From an uncultured Chloroflexota bacterium (GTDB lineage: Bacteria > Chloroflexota > UBA11872): a DNA stretch of 64,000 nt. Of the stretch, positions 53,198-61,768 are shown piece by piece; position 1 is the stretch's first letter, and each line of letters opens with the position of its first letter. Below the pieces are notes generated by a model, which had not been told where the DNA came from, searched no databases, and saw nothing but the letters and a program-made list of their open reading frames with translations. The position numbers and the translations under genes are program-made. Where the stretch lies: NCBI GenBank assembly GCA_958296175.1, contig OY282448.1:1584012-1648011 (forward strand), read 5' to 3'.

Positions 53198-53527
53198 TCA
53201 CGTCCGCGGCGGCGGCAGGTCGGTCCAGGCTTCCAGCAGCACTTCCAGGGTGCCGCCGCAGACGTCGCCCTCGCCCTTGACGTCGTCGATGAGGTCGATT
53301 TCGAGCGCGCGCCCTTGGCCGTCGGCCAGCACGCGCACCGCCTCGGCGCGCACGTCGGCCTCCACGCAGCCGCCGCCCACCGTCCCCCAGGTGGCGCCGT
53401 TCTCGAAGAACAGCATGCGCGCGCCAATGTCCTGCGGCGTGGAGCCGCGGCTGGACACGACCACGGCCGAGGCCACGCGCTCCCCGCGCCCCGCATGCTC
53501 GGCAATCTGCCGGAAGTATTCGTCCAT
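53198..53527 (-). CDS. Stand-alone XdhC/CoxI domain protein
   Basis: RGSTPQ..GARM, GTVGGGCVEA and VCGGTLEVLLE motifs. Confidence 0.9.
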   Translation of the reverse strand: MDEYFRQIAEHAGRGERVASAVVVSSRGSTPQDIGARMLFFENGATWGTVGGGCVEADVRAEAVRVLADGQGRALEIDLIDDVKGEGDVCGGTLEVLLEAWTDLPPPRT

Positions 53528-53739
53528 GCCGCCCGATTCTAGCCCCAGGGAAGGGGAGCGCGAGGACGCGGCTTGCGGCTCGCGGCCAGCGGTTGGTTGC
53601 GGATGCGGGCCAGGCCGCGACCGGGGCCTCTGGCGGCCCGTGCGGGCACGCTGGCGGGTACCCTGCCGTGGCCAACCGCCGCGCCGCCCCAGCGAATCGT
53701 GAACGCCGTTCCCCGTCCGCCGCGTCGAAGGCCGCCCCC

Positions 53740-55698
53740 ATGCCCAGCGCCGCCGCGCTCGATCTGACGAATACTCCGCACGCCGCGGTGCGTCCGGTTC
53801 CGCCGGCGCACGTGCGGCTGGCGCCCGGGAGCTTTTGGGACCAGCGGCTGCGCGCCGTGCAGGTCAACGGCTTGCCGTCCCAACTCCGGCACTGCCAGAC
53901 CACGGGGCGCATCCGCAACTTCGAGCGCGCCGCTGGACAGCTGCAGGGCGAGTTCGAGGGCTACTACTTCAACGACTCCGACGTCTACAAGTGGCTGGAA
54001 GCCGCCAGCTACGCGCTGGCGCGCGCGCCCTCGGCCGAGCTGCGCCAGGCCGTGGAGCGCGTCGTCCAGGCGGTGCGCGCGGCGCAGGACGCCGACGGCT
54101 ACGTCAACACGTACTTCAGCGGCCCGCGCGCCGACCAGCGCTATCGGAATCTGCGCGACGAGCACGAGCTGTACTGCATGGGCCATCTGGTCCAGGCCGG
54201 CATCGCGCACCGGCGCTCGCTGGGGTCCGACGAGCTGTTCGACGTGGCCGTGCGCGCCGCCGACCACGTGTGCGCCGTCTTCGGCCCCCAGGGGCGGCCC
54301 GAGCCCGACGGCCATCCGGAGATCGAGATGGCCCTGGTGGAGCTGGCGCGCGAAACCGGCCAGCGGCGCTACCTGGACATGGCGCTCTTCTTCGTAGACC
54401 AGCGCGGCGCGGACCCGCCCCGCCTGGGCGGTCTGGGTTATCACCAGGACCACCGCCCGGTGCGCCAACAAACCGAAGCCACGGGGCACGCCGTGCGCCA
54501 GGCCTACCTGGCCGCCGGCATGACCGACGCGGCCATGGAAACCGGCGACGCCGAGCTGCTGGCCGCCTCGCAGTCCCTGTGGGACAGCGCCTATCGGCGC
54601 CGGGCCTACGTCACCGGCGGGCTGGGGTCGCGGTACGAGGGCGAGTCGTTCGGCGCCGACTACGAGCTGCCCAACCGCCGCGCCTACGCCGAAACCTGCG
54701 CGGCCGTGGCCGGCGTGCTGTGGAACGCCCGCCTGCTGGCCGCCACCGGGCATGCCCGCTACGCCGACTGGCTGGAAACCACGCTCTACAACGGGGCGCT
54801 GGCGGGCGTGTCGCTGGACGGCGCGGCCTACTTCTACGCCAACCCGCTGGCCGCCGATCCGCGCCCCGCCCCGGGCGATCAGCGCGGCTTGCACAGCAGC
54901 GGCGCACAGCAAGCCGTGGGCGCCCACGCGCGCCAGCCCTGGTACGCCTGCGCCTGCTGTCCGCCCAACATTGCGCGCCTGCTGCTGAGCATGACCGGAT
55001 ACGCCTACGGAACCTCATCCGGCGGCGTGTGGGTGCATCAATTCCTGCCCGGCGAGGTCGAGGCCTGCCTGCCCGACGGCCAGGCGCTGCGCCTGCAGGT
55101 CGAGACCGACTATCCCTGGGACGGCACCGTTCGCCTGACGATCCAGGACGCGCCCGCCCAGCCGTTGACGCTGCACCTGCGCGTGCCCGCGTGGGCGGCC
55201 GGGGCCAGCTATCGGATCGAACGAGAAGGCAACGCGGGCCGGCCGGTCGCGGCGGCCGCCGGCGCCTACGTGCGCCCGCGCCGCGTGTGGCGCCCCGGAA
55301 CGGTGGTGCACGTGACCCTGCCCATGCCCGCGCGCCTGATTGGCAGCCACCCGCGCGTGCAGGCCAACACCGGGCGGGCCGCCCTGGCGCGCGGGCCGCT
55401 GATCTACTGCCTGGAGTCGCTCGACCACCCAGGGGTCGACGTGGATCGGCTGGCGCTGCTGCCAACCGAGCGGCTGCGCCCCGTTCCAGCGCCCGACCTG
55501 CCCGGCGGCCTGACCGCGCTGACGGGAACCGCGGCCGTGCTGGAGCAGCGCCGCGCGTCGAACGATCTCTACGCGCCCTTGGACGCCCGCCCGCCGCGCG
55601 CTGCCGGCGACGCGCCGCTCACGGCCATCCCCTACTTCGCCTGGGCCAACCGCGGCGCAAGCGCCATGCGCGTGTGGCTGCCCTATCTGGCCGGCTGA
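53740..55698 (+). CDS. GH127 beta-L-arabinofuranosidase-like glycoside hydrolase
   Basis: DSDVYKWLEA, HELYC.GH, GHPEIE, GHAVR, YAETCA, CACCPPN and YFAWANRG motifs. Confidence 0.92.
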   Translation: MPSAAALDLTNTPHAAVRPVPPAHVRLAPGSFWDQRLRAVQVNGLPSQLRHCQTTGRIRNFERAAGQLQGEFEGYYFNDSDVYKWLEAASYALARAPSAELRQAVERVVQAVRAAQDADGYVNTYFSGPRADQRYRNLRDEHELYCMGHLVQAGIAHRRSLGSDELFDVAVRAADHVCAVFGPQGRPEPDGHPEIEMALVELARETGQRRYLDMALFFVDQRGADPPRLGGLGYHQDHRPVRQQTEATGHAVRQAYLAAGMTDAAMETGDAELLAASQSLWDSAYRRRAYVTGGLGSRYEGESFGADYELPNRRAYAETCAAVAGVLWNARLLAATGHARYADWLETTLYNGALAGVSLDGAAYFYANPLAADPRPAPGDQRGLHSSGAQQAVGAHARQPWYACACCPPNIARLLLSMTGYAYGTSSGGVWVHQFLPGEVEACLPDGQALRLQVETDYPWDGTVRLTIQDAPAQPLTLHLRVPAWAAGASYRIEREGNAGRPVAAAAGAYVRPRRVWRPGTVVHVTLPMPARLIGSHPRVQANTGRAALARGPLIYCLESLDHPGVDVDRLALLPTERLRPVPAPDLPGGLTALTGTAAVLEQRRASNDLYAPLDARPPRAAGDAPLTAIPYFAWANRGASAMRVWLPYLAG

Positions 55699-55734
55699 CG
55701 ACGCACGTCGGCGCCCCGACGTACACTGCGGGCT

Positions 55735-56460
55735 ATGACACCTGAACTAATCGCCATCGTCACCGTCGGCGTGGCGTTGGGCGGACTCGTGCTCACCGCC
55801 GCGGCGTGGATGCGCGCGGAATTCCGGTCGGAATTCCGGGCCGTCCACACCCGCATCGACGACTTGCGGGACGAGACGCGCACGGGCCTTCAGGCACTCC
55901 ACACCCGCATCGACGACCTGCGGGACGAGACGCGCACGGGCCTTCAGGCACTCCACACCCGCATTGACGACTTGCGGGACGAGACGCGGTCGGAACTCCA
56001 GGCGGTCCACACCCGCATCGATGACTTGCGGGACGAGACACGCACGGGCCTCCAGGCGGTCCACACCCGCATCGATGACTTGCGGGACGAGACACGCACG
56101 GGCCTTCAGGCACTCCACACCCGCATCGACGACTTGCGGGACGAGACGCGCGCGGGCCTTCAGGCGGTCCACACCCGCATCGACGACTTGCGGGACGAGA
56201 TGCGGTCGGAACTCCGGGCGGTCCACACTCGCATCGACGACTCGCGTACGGAGGTCCTGGCGCGAATCCAAGCGCTGGAAACCCGCGGCGGTCGGCTCGA
56301 ACAGGGGCAGGCGCGGCTCACTGGCGTTATCGAAGGGTTGTTCGCAGGTCGAAGCCGCGGTCTGGACCGAGACGACCTGAGTGTCCCGGCAGGCGCGCCA
56401 AGGGAACCCGTCGACCACGCCGAGCAGCGCCGTCCCGATACGGCGCGGGTCTCGACCTGA
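55735..56460 (+). CDS. N-terminally anchored 18-aa-repeat coiled-coil protein (family member 3)
   Basis: MTPELIAIVTVGVALGGLVL anchor, 7 full HTRIDDLRDETRTGLQA(L/V)-type repeats, and C-terminal QARLTGVIEGLFAGR. TACACT 7 nt before the ATG suggests a leaderless mRNA. Confidence 0.82.
   Translation: MTPELIAIVTVGVALGGLVLTAAAWMRAEFRSEFRAVHTRIDDLRDETRTGLQALHTRIDDLRDETRTGLQALHTRIDDLRDETRSELQAVHTRIDDLRDETRTGLQAVHTRIDDLRDETRTGLQALHTRIDDLRDETRAGLQAVHTRIDDLRDEMRSELRAVHTRIDDSRTEVLARIQALETRGGRLEQGQARLTGVIEGLFAGRSRGLDRDDLSVPAGAPREPVDHAEQRRPDTARVST
55846..56241 (+). repeat. 54-bp coding tandem repeat, 7 full copies and one partial
   Basis: CACACCCGCATCGACGACTTGCGGGACGAGAC... starts at 55846, 55900, 55954, 56008, 56062, 56116, 56170 and 56224. 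Confidence 0.95.
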
Positions 56461-56604
56461 CGCACCCGCAGGGTTCGCGGCGATCTCCCCACGATCCGCG
56501 GCATGAGCGGCGGCCCGCGGCAGACCGACCAATTCACCAGCGGGCGGCGGTTCGTGGTCGGCGGCCAGCCGCCGCCCGCCCCCGCCTCGAACCCGCGGCG
56601 CCGC

Positions 56605-56661
56605 ATCCCACAATCCACAATCCACGATCACCAATCCCGAATCGCCCATCCACAATCGCCC
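56605..56661 (+). repeat. Degenerate heptanucleotide tandem repeat (AATCCAC-like) upstream of the rpsO promoter
   Basis: CATCCCA CAATCCA CAATCCA CGATCAC CAATCCC GAATCGC CCATCCA CAATCGC. Confidence 0.75.
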
Positions 56662-56757
56662 CGGCATGCGCTACACTTGCGCAAACACCAGACACGCGCC
56701 GGGCGCAGACCGCTCGTTACAGGCCGCCCGCGCGGTAGAGGGTTCGTGACACAGGAC

Positions 56758-57030
56758 ATGCCCGCACTTTCACCCAAACGCCAGCTCACGGACGAGCTTC
56801 GCCTCGGTCCGTCCGACACTGGCTCGGCGCCCGTGCAGATCACGCTGCTCAGTGCGCGGATCGAAGAGCTGACCGAACACCTCAAGACCCATCAGAAAGA
56901 CCAGCACTCGCGCCACGGGCTGCTGCGCATGGTCGGGCGGCGGCGGCGGCTCTTGAAGTACCTGCGGCGCCGCGACCCCGAGCGCTTCCGTGACGTGATT
57001 ACCAAGCTACAGATTCGGGCCCGGCGATAA
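56758..57030 (+). CDS. rpsO: 30S ribosomal protein S15
   Basis: DTGSAPVQITLL...LTEHLKTHQKDQHSRHGLLRMVGRRRRLLKYL. ATG at 56758. Confidence 0.96.
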   Translation: MPALSPKRQLTDELRLGPSDTGSAPVQITLLSARIEELTEHLKTHQKDQHSRHGLLRMVGRRRRLLKYLRRRDPERFRDVITKLQIRARR

Positions 57031-57258
57031 CCGAGAACCTTCGACCCGCGCCGCCCACGCGGCGGCCGGCGCAGACGCCATGATCGGCAGTGCATCCAAC
57101 GCGGTATCCCTGAAGCCATCCCGCGATGAAACGTATCGTTTGGCTTCGCCATCGGGTTCCGGCGGGCCCGCCAGAAGAGCCAAGAAACGAGGCCGCAACT
57201 ACGGTTGCGAGCTCGCTTCTTCGCTCTTCGCCCCATCCGCCGACGAGGAGTGACAGGT

Positions 57259-59508
57259 ATGTCCGTGCATAGGGTGGAAACCCAATTCGGCGAGCGCACG
57301 CTCGTCTTCGAGACCGGCAAGCTTGCCGGCCAGGCCGACGGCGCCGTGGTGGTGTCGTACGGCGACGCCGTGGTGCTGGGCACCGTGGTCATGTCCGACC
57401 GCATTCGCGAGGGCATCGACTTCTTCCCGCTCTCCGTCGACTACGAAGAGCGCAGCTACGCCATCGGCAAGATTCCCGGCAGCGTCTTCCGTCGCGAGGG
57501 CCGCCCGCCGCTGGCCGGCATTCTGGGGTCCCGCCTGACCGACCGCCCGCTGCGTCCGCTCTTTCCCAAGGGCATGCGCAACGAGGTGCAAATCATCCTG
57601 ACCGTGCTCTCGCACGACCGGACCGTCGAGACCGACGTCATCGGCACCATTGCGGCCTCCGCGGCGCTCACCATTTCCGGCATCCCCTTCGAAGGACCCG
57701 TCGGCGCGGTGCGCGTGGGGCTGCGCGACGGCGAGTTCCAGCTCAACCCCACCATTGAGGACAACGCCGACCCCGAGCTCGACCTGGTGGTTTCTGGCAC
57801 CCGCCAAGGCGTGGTGATGCTGGAAGCCGGCGCGCGCGAAGTGGACGAGGACACCATGATCCGCGCCATCGCCTGGGGCCAGGAACAGCTCCAGGCGGCC
57901 ATCGAGCTCCAGGTGCAGCTGCGCGGTCTGGTGCAGCCCGACCCGCGCGAACCGGTCATCGAGGCCCTCGACCCCGCCCTCCACGCCGACGTCGAGGAGC
58001 GGTTCACCGACGCCGTGGCCGAGGCGGCCCGCGTCACCGACCGCGCCGAGCGCCGCGACCGTCTCGGCGCGGTGCGCGCCCAGGCCGTGCTGGAACTCGG
58101 CGGCGTCCACGCCGCCGACGACATTGGCGAAGCGCTCGACCAGCTGGAAAGCGCCGCCACCCGCCGCGCCATCGTGGCCGAGGGCATCCGCCCCGACGGC
58201 CGCCCCGACGACGCCCTGCGCGCCATGAGTTCCCAGGTTGGCGTGCTGCCGCGTCCGCACGGCACCGGCCTCTTCCAGCGCGGCGAGACCCAGGTGCTCT
58301 CCATCGTCACCCTGGGCACCATGCGCGACGAACAGCGCATCGGCCTGCGCGACATGGAAGAACTGGCCAGCCCCAAGCGCTACATGCACCACTACAACAT
58401 GCCCCCCTTCGCCTCCGGCGAAGCGGGCCGCCTGGGGTCCCCCCGCCGCCGCGAGATCGGCCACGGCGCGCTGGCCGAACGCGCGCTGGTGCCGGTCCTG
58501 CCGGCCGCCCAGGATTTTCCCTACGCCATTCGCGTGGTCTCGGAAGTCCTGTCGTCCAACGGGTCGACCTCCATGGCCTCCACCTGCGGCAGCACCCTGG
58601 CGCTGCTGGACGCCGGCGTTCCCATCAGCGCCTCCGTGGCCGGCATTTCCATGGGCCTCGTCACCGCCGACGACGGCGCATACAAAGTGCTGACCGACAT
58701 CCAGGGCGCTGAGGACCACTTCGGCGACATGGACTTCAAGGTGGCCGGCACCGAGCGCGGCATCACCGCCATTCAGCTCGACATCAAGGTCAAGTACCTC
58801 ACGCCCGAAATCGTGGAGACCGCCATCCGCCGCGGCCGCACCGCGCGCCTGGACATCCTGGGCGTCATGAACGACGCCATCGCCAGCCCCCGCCCCGAGG
58901 TCGGAACCTACGCGCCCAAGATCGTCAAGGTCCAGATCGACCCGCAGAACATCGGCACGGTCATCGGCCCCGGCGGGCGCACCATCCGCGGGCTGGAAGC
59001 CGACACCGGCGCCTCGATCGACATCGAGGAAGACGGCACCATCATGGTGGGCGCGCCCTCCCGCGACGGCGTGGAGCAGGCCATCCAGATGATCAAGGAC
59101 ATGACCGGCGAGATCGACCCCGGCCGCACCATGCTGGGCAAGGTCACCCGCATCTTCGGCTTCGGCGCCATGGTCGAGTTCCTGCCCGGCCGCGAGGGCC
59201 TGGTGCCGCGCCACGAGCTGGCCGAGGAGCCGCCCGGCATGATCGAAGACGTCGTGAACGTCGGCGACGACATCATGGTCATGGTCATCGAAACCGACGA
59301 CCAGGGCCGCGTCAACCTGTCGCGCCGCGCCGTCTTGCAGGGGTTGTCCCCGGAGGAAACGCTGGCCAGCGCCGCCCCGCCCCCGCGCGGCGGCAGGGGC
59401 GGACCTGGCGGACCGCGCCGCGACGGCCGCGGCCCCCGCGACCGCAACGACCGCGGCCGCCCCCGCGGTGACCGCGGCGGCGGGCGGCGCTCCCGCTCCT
59501 ACAACTAG
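57259..59508 (+). CDS. pnp: Polyribonucleotide nucleotidyltransferase (PNPase)
   Basis: DFFPLSVDYEE, RREIGHG, SNGSTSMAS and GDMDFKVAG motifs, plus KH and S1 domains. Confidence 0.98.
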   Translation: MSVHRVETQFGERTLVFETGKLAGQADGAVVVSYGDAVVLGTVVMSDRIREGIDFFPLSVDYEERSYAIGKIPGSVFRREGRPPLAGILGSRLTDRPLRPLFPKGMRNEVQIILTVLSHDRTVETDVIGTIAASAALTISGIPFEGPVGAVRVGLRDGEFQLNPTIEDNADPELDLVVSGTRQGVVMLEAGAREVDEDTMIRAIAWGQEQLQAAIELQVQLRGLVQPDPREPVIEALDPALHADVEERFTDAVAEAARVTDRAERRDRLGAVRAQAVLELGGVHAADDIGEALDQLESAATRRAIVAEGIRPDGRPDDALRAMSSQVGVLPRPHGTGLFQRGETQVLSIVTLGTMRDEQRIGLRDMEELASPKRYMHHYNMPPFASGEAGRLGSPRRREIGHGALAERALVPVLPAAQDFPYAIRVVSEVLSSNGSTSMASTCGSTLALLDAGVPISASVAGISMGLVTADDGAYKVLTDIQGAEDHFGDMDFKVAGTERGITAIQLDIKVKYLTPEIVETAIRRGRTARLDILGVMNDAIASPRPEVGTYAPKIVKVQIDPQNIGTVIGPGGRTIRGLEADTGASIDIEEDGTIMVGAPSRDGVEQAIQMIKDMTGEIDPGRTMLGKVTRIFGFGAMVEFLPGREGLVPRHELAEEPPGMIEDVVNVGDDIMVMVIETDDQGRVNLSRRAVLQGLSPEETLASAAPPPRGGRGGPGGPRRDGRGPRDRNDRGRPRGDRGGGRRSRSYN

Positions 59509-59521
59509 GCAGCCGCCCTCC

Positions 59522-60313
59522 ATGCCTCCCCCTCTGCGCGTCATCGTCATCGGCGCCGCCGGCCGCATGGGCCAGACCGTCGTCGACGCCGTGGCCAACG
59601 CCCCGGACATGGAGGTGGCGGCCGGCGTCGACGTCGTGGAACGCGCCGCGCCCTTCCCCTGGTTCACCCAGGTGGACGCGGCCTTCGCCCAGACCCGGCC
59701 GGACGCCGCCGTCGACTTCACCACGGCCGACGCCGCCGCGGCCAACGCGCTGGCCGCCATTGCCGCCGGCGTCTCGCCGGTCATCGGAACCACCGGCATG
59801 ACCGCCGCGCAGGTCGAGGCCGTCCGCGCCGCCGCCGCCGCTGCGCGCGTCGGCGCGTTCGTTGCGCCCAACTTCGCCCTGGGCGCCGTGCTCATGATGC
59901 AAATGGCGCGTCTGGCCGCGCCGCATCTCCACCACGTCGAGATCATCGAGCTGCATCACGATCAGAAGATCGACGCGCCCTCCGGCACCGCCGCGCGCAC
60001 GGCCGACCTGATCGCCCAGGCGCGCGGCGGCCGCCCGGCCGTTGACGCGCCCACGGAACGCTTTACCCTGGAAGGCGTGCGCGGCGGCGTGACCGGCGGC
60101 GTGCGCGTCCACAGCGTGCGCCTGCCAGGCTTCGTCGCCCACCAGGAAGTCATCTTCGGAGGTCCGGGCCAGACCCTGACCATCCGGCACGATTCCACCA
60201 GCCGCGAGTCGTTCATGCCCGGTGTCCTGCTCGCTGTCCGCCGCGTCCGCGCGTTGCCCGGGCTGGTCGTAGGTCTCGAGCACCTGCTTGTCGAGGATGG
60301 CGTTGCCCCATGA
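59522..60313 (+). CDS. dapB: 4-hydroxy-tetrahydrodipicolinate reductase
   Basis: GAAGRMG, IGTTG, APNF and ELHHDQKIDAPSGTA motifs. Confidence 0.96.
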   Translation: MPPPLRVIVIGAAGRMGQTVVDAVANAPDMEVAAGVDVVERAAPFPWFTQVDAAFAQTRPDAAVDFTTADAAAANALAAIAAGVSPVIGTTGMTAAQVEAVRAAAAAARVGAFVAPNFALGAVLMMQMARLAAPHLHHVEIIELHHDQKIDAPSGTAARTADLIAQARGGRPAVDAPTERFTLEGVRGGVTGGVRVHSVRLPGFVAHQEVIFGGPGQTLTIRHDSTSRESFMPGVLLAVRRVRALPGLVVGLEHLLVEDGVAP

Positions 60314-61341
60314 GTCGCACCTATGCAATCGGCGTTGTCGGCGCCACCGGCGCGGTGGGCCGAGAGTTTTTGACCGTGGCAACCGAGCGCAACTTTCCCG
60401 TTGGCTGCCTGCGCCTCTGGGCCTCGCCCCGCAGCAAGGGCCGCCAGATCGACGTCGACGGCCAGCCGCACACCGTCGACGTGCTGCGCGGCGACGGCAG
60501 CGACTTCCAGGGCCTGGACTTCGTGCTCATCTCCGCCTCCGGCGCCATCAGCCGCGCCGTTGCGCCCCAGGTTGCCGCCGCCGGCGTCATCGCCATCGAC
60601 GACAGCTCCGCGTTTCGCTACGACGACGACGTGCCCTTGGTGGTGCCCGAAGTCAACGCCGACGACCTGCGCGCCCACAAAGGCATAGTCGCCATCCCCA
60701 ACTGCTCCACCACCCCCATCGTCCAGGTGCTGGCGCCGCTGCACCAGCAGAACCCCGTGCAGCGCGTCATCGCCGACACCTACCAATCGGTCTCCGGCGC
60801 CGGCGGCCGCGCCATGGACGAACTCAGCCAGCAAACGGCCGCCCAGGCCCGCGGCGAGACGCCCGACGTCGACCCGGACGTTTTCCCCCACCCCATCGCC
60901 TCCAACCTCATCCCGTCCATCGACGACCCGCGCGATGACGGCTACTCCAAAGAGGAATGGAAAGTCTCCGCCGAGACGCGCAAGATCATGCACCTGCCCG
61001 ACCTGCCCGTCTCGGCCACCTGCGTGCGCGTGCCCGTCTTCCGCGCCCATGCCGCCGCCGTGCACGCCGAATTCGGCCGCCCCTTCGACCCCGCCGACGC
61101 GCGCGCCATCCTCTCCGACGTCCCCGGCGTGCAAGTCGTGGACGACCTGGCCGCGCACCAATACCCCATGCCCTCGCTCGCCGCCGGCAACGACCTCACC
61201 TGGGTCGGCCGCATCCGCCGCGACATGTCCCACCCCAACGGCCTGGTCTTCTGGATCGTCTCCGACAACCTCCGCAAAGGCGCCGCCACCAACTCCATCC
61301 AAATCGCCGAATCCATGATCGCCCAAAACCTCGTCCCCTAA
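60310..61341 (+). CDS. asd: Aspartate-semialdehyde dehydrogenase
   Basis: VGATGAVG, PNCST, YQSVSGAG, CVRVPV and DNLRKGAA motifs. Confidence 0.97.
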   Translation: MSRTYAIGVVGATGAVGREFLTVATERNFPVGCLRLWASPRSKGRQIDVDGQPHTVDVLRGDGSDFQGLDFVLISASGAISRAVAPQVAAAGVIAIDDSSAFRYDDDVPLVVPEVNADDLRAHKGIVAIPNCSTTPIVQVLAPLHQQNPVQRVIADTYQSVSGAGGRAMDELSQQTAAQARGETPDVDPDVFPHPIASNLIPSIDDPRDDGYSKEEWKVSAETRKIMHLPDLPVSATCVRVPVFRAHAAAVHAEFGRPFDPADARAILSDVPGVQVVDDLAAHQYPMPSLAAGNDLTWVGRIRRDMSHPNGLVFWIVSDNLRKGAATNSIQIAESMIAQNLVP

Positions 61342-61364
61342 CCCCACCCCCGCCCCCTTTCTTC

Positions 61365-61606
61365 CCCTCTCCCTCAGGGGGCCGCCGAGGCGCGCATTGC
61401 GTGCGGCGCACGCGCGCCTCCCCTTCTTCCCCTCTCCCTGAGGGAGAGGGCAGGGTGAGGGTGAGCCACCAAAACGCCGAAAAAGCCTCGCCCCTCTCTC
61501 CTTTCTTCTCCTCTCCCTCAGGGGGCCGCCGAAGCGCGTGTTGCGTGCGGCGCACACGCACTTCCCCTTCTTTCCCCTCTCCCTGAGGGAGAGGGCAGGG
61601 TGAGGG
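61365..61606. repeat. Two tandem ~145-bp composite units of the CCCTCTCCC/GGGAGAGGG family
   Basis: CTCTCCCTCAGGGGGCCGCCGA...GCGTGCGGCGCAC...CCCTCTCCCTGAGGGAGAGGGCAGGGTGAGGG occurs at ~61367 and ~61510. Confidence 0.88.
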
Positions 61607-61768
61607 TCCGGCCGCCGGCCCCAGGCGCCCGGCCCTGGGTTGCGCGTCCGCCGCCGCCGTGGAACACGCCAACCAGCAACAACCCCCGCCCTTGCAGCCT
61701 TTCGGATTCCGACCAGAATGTGGTGCGGGCCAACGGTCCACGCCGCGCGGCCTATGAGGAGGCTGGCG

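Noticed and set aside
55846-56241. Possible CRISPR array or non-coding repeat
   Set aside because: The period is 54 bp (a multiple of 3), there are no spacers, and it lies in frame within a coherent ORF.
57199-59946. Long antisense ORFs (915 aa here; also 42979-45213, 48641-50896, 34097-36832)
   Set aside because: These are shadow ORFs opposite well-supported genes, caused by GC-rich codon bias, with no recognisable motifs.
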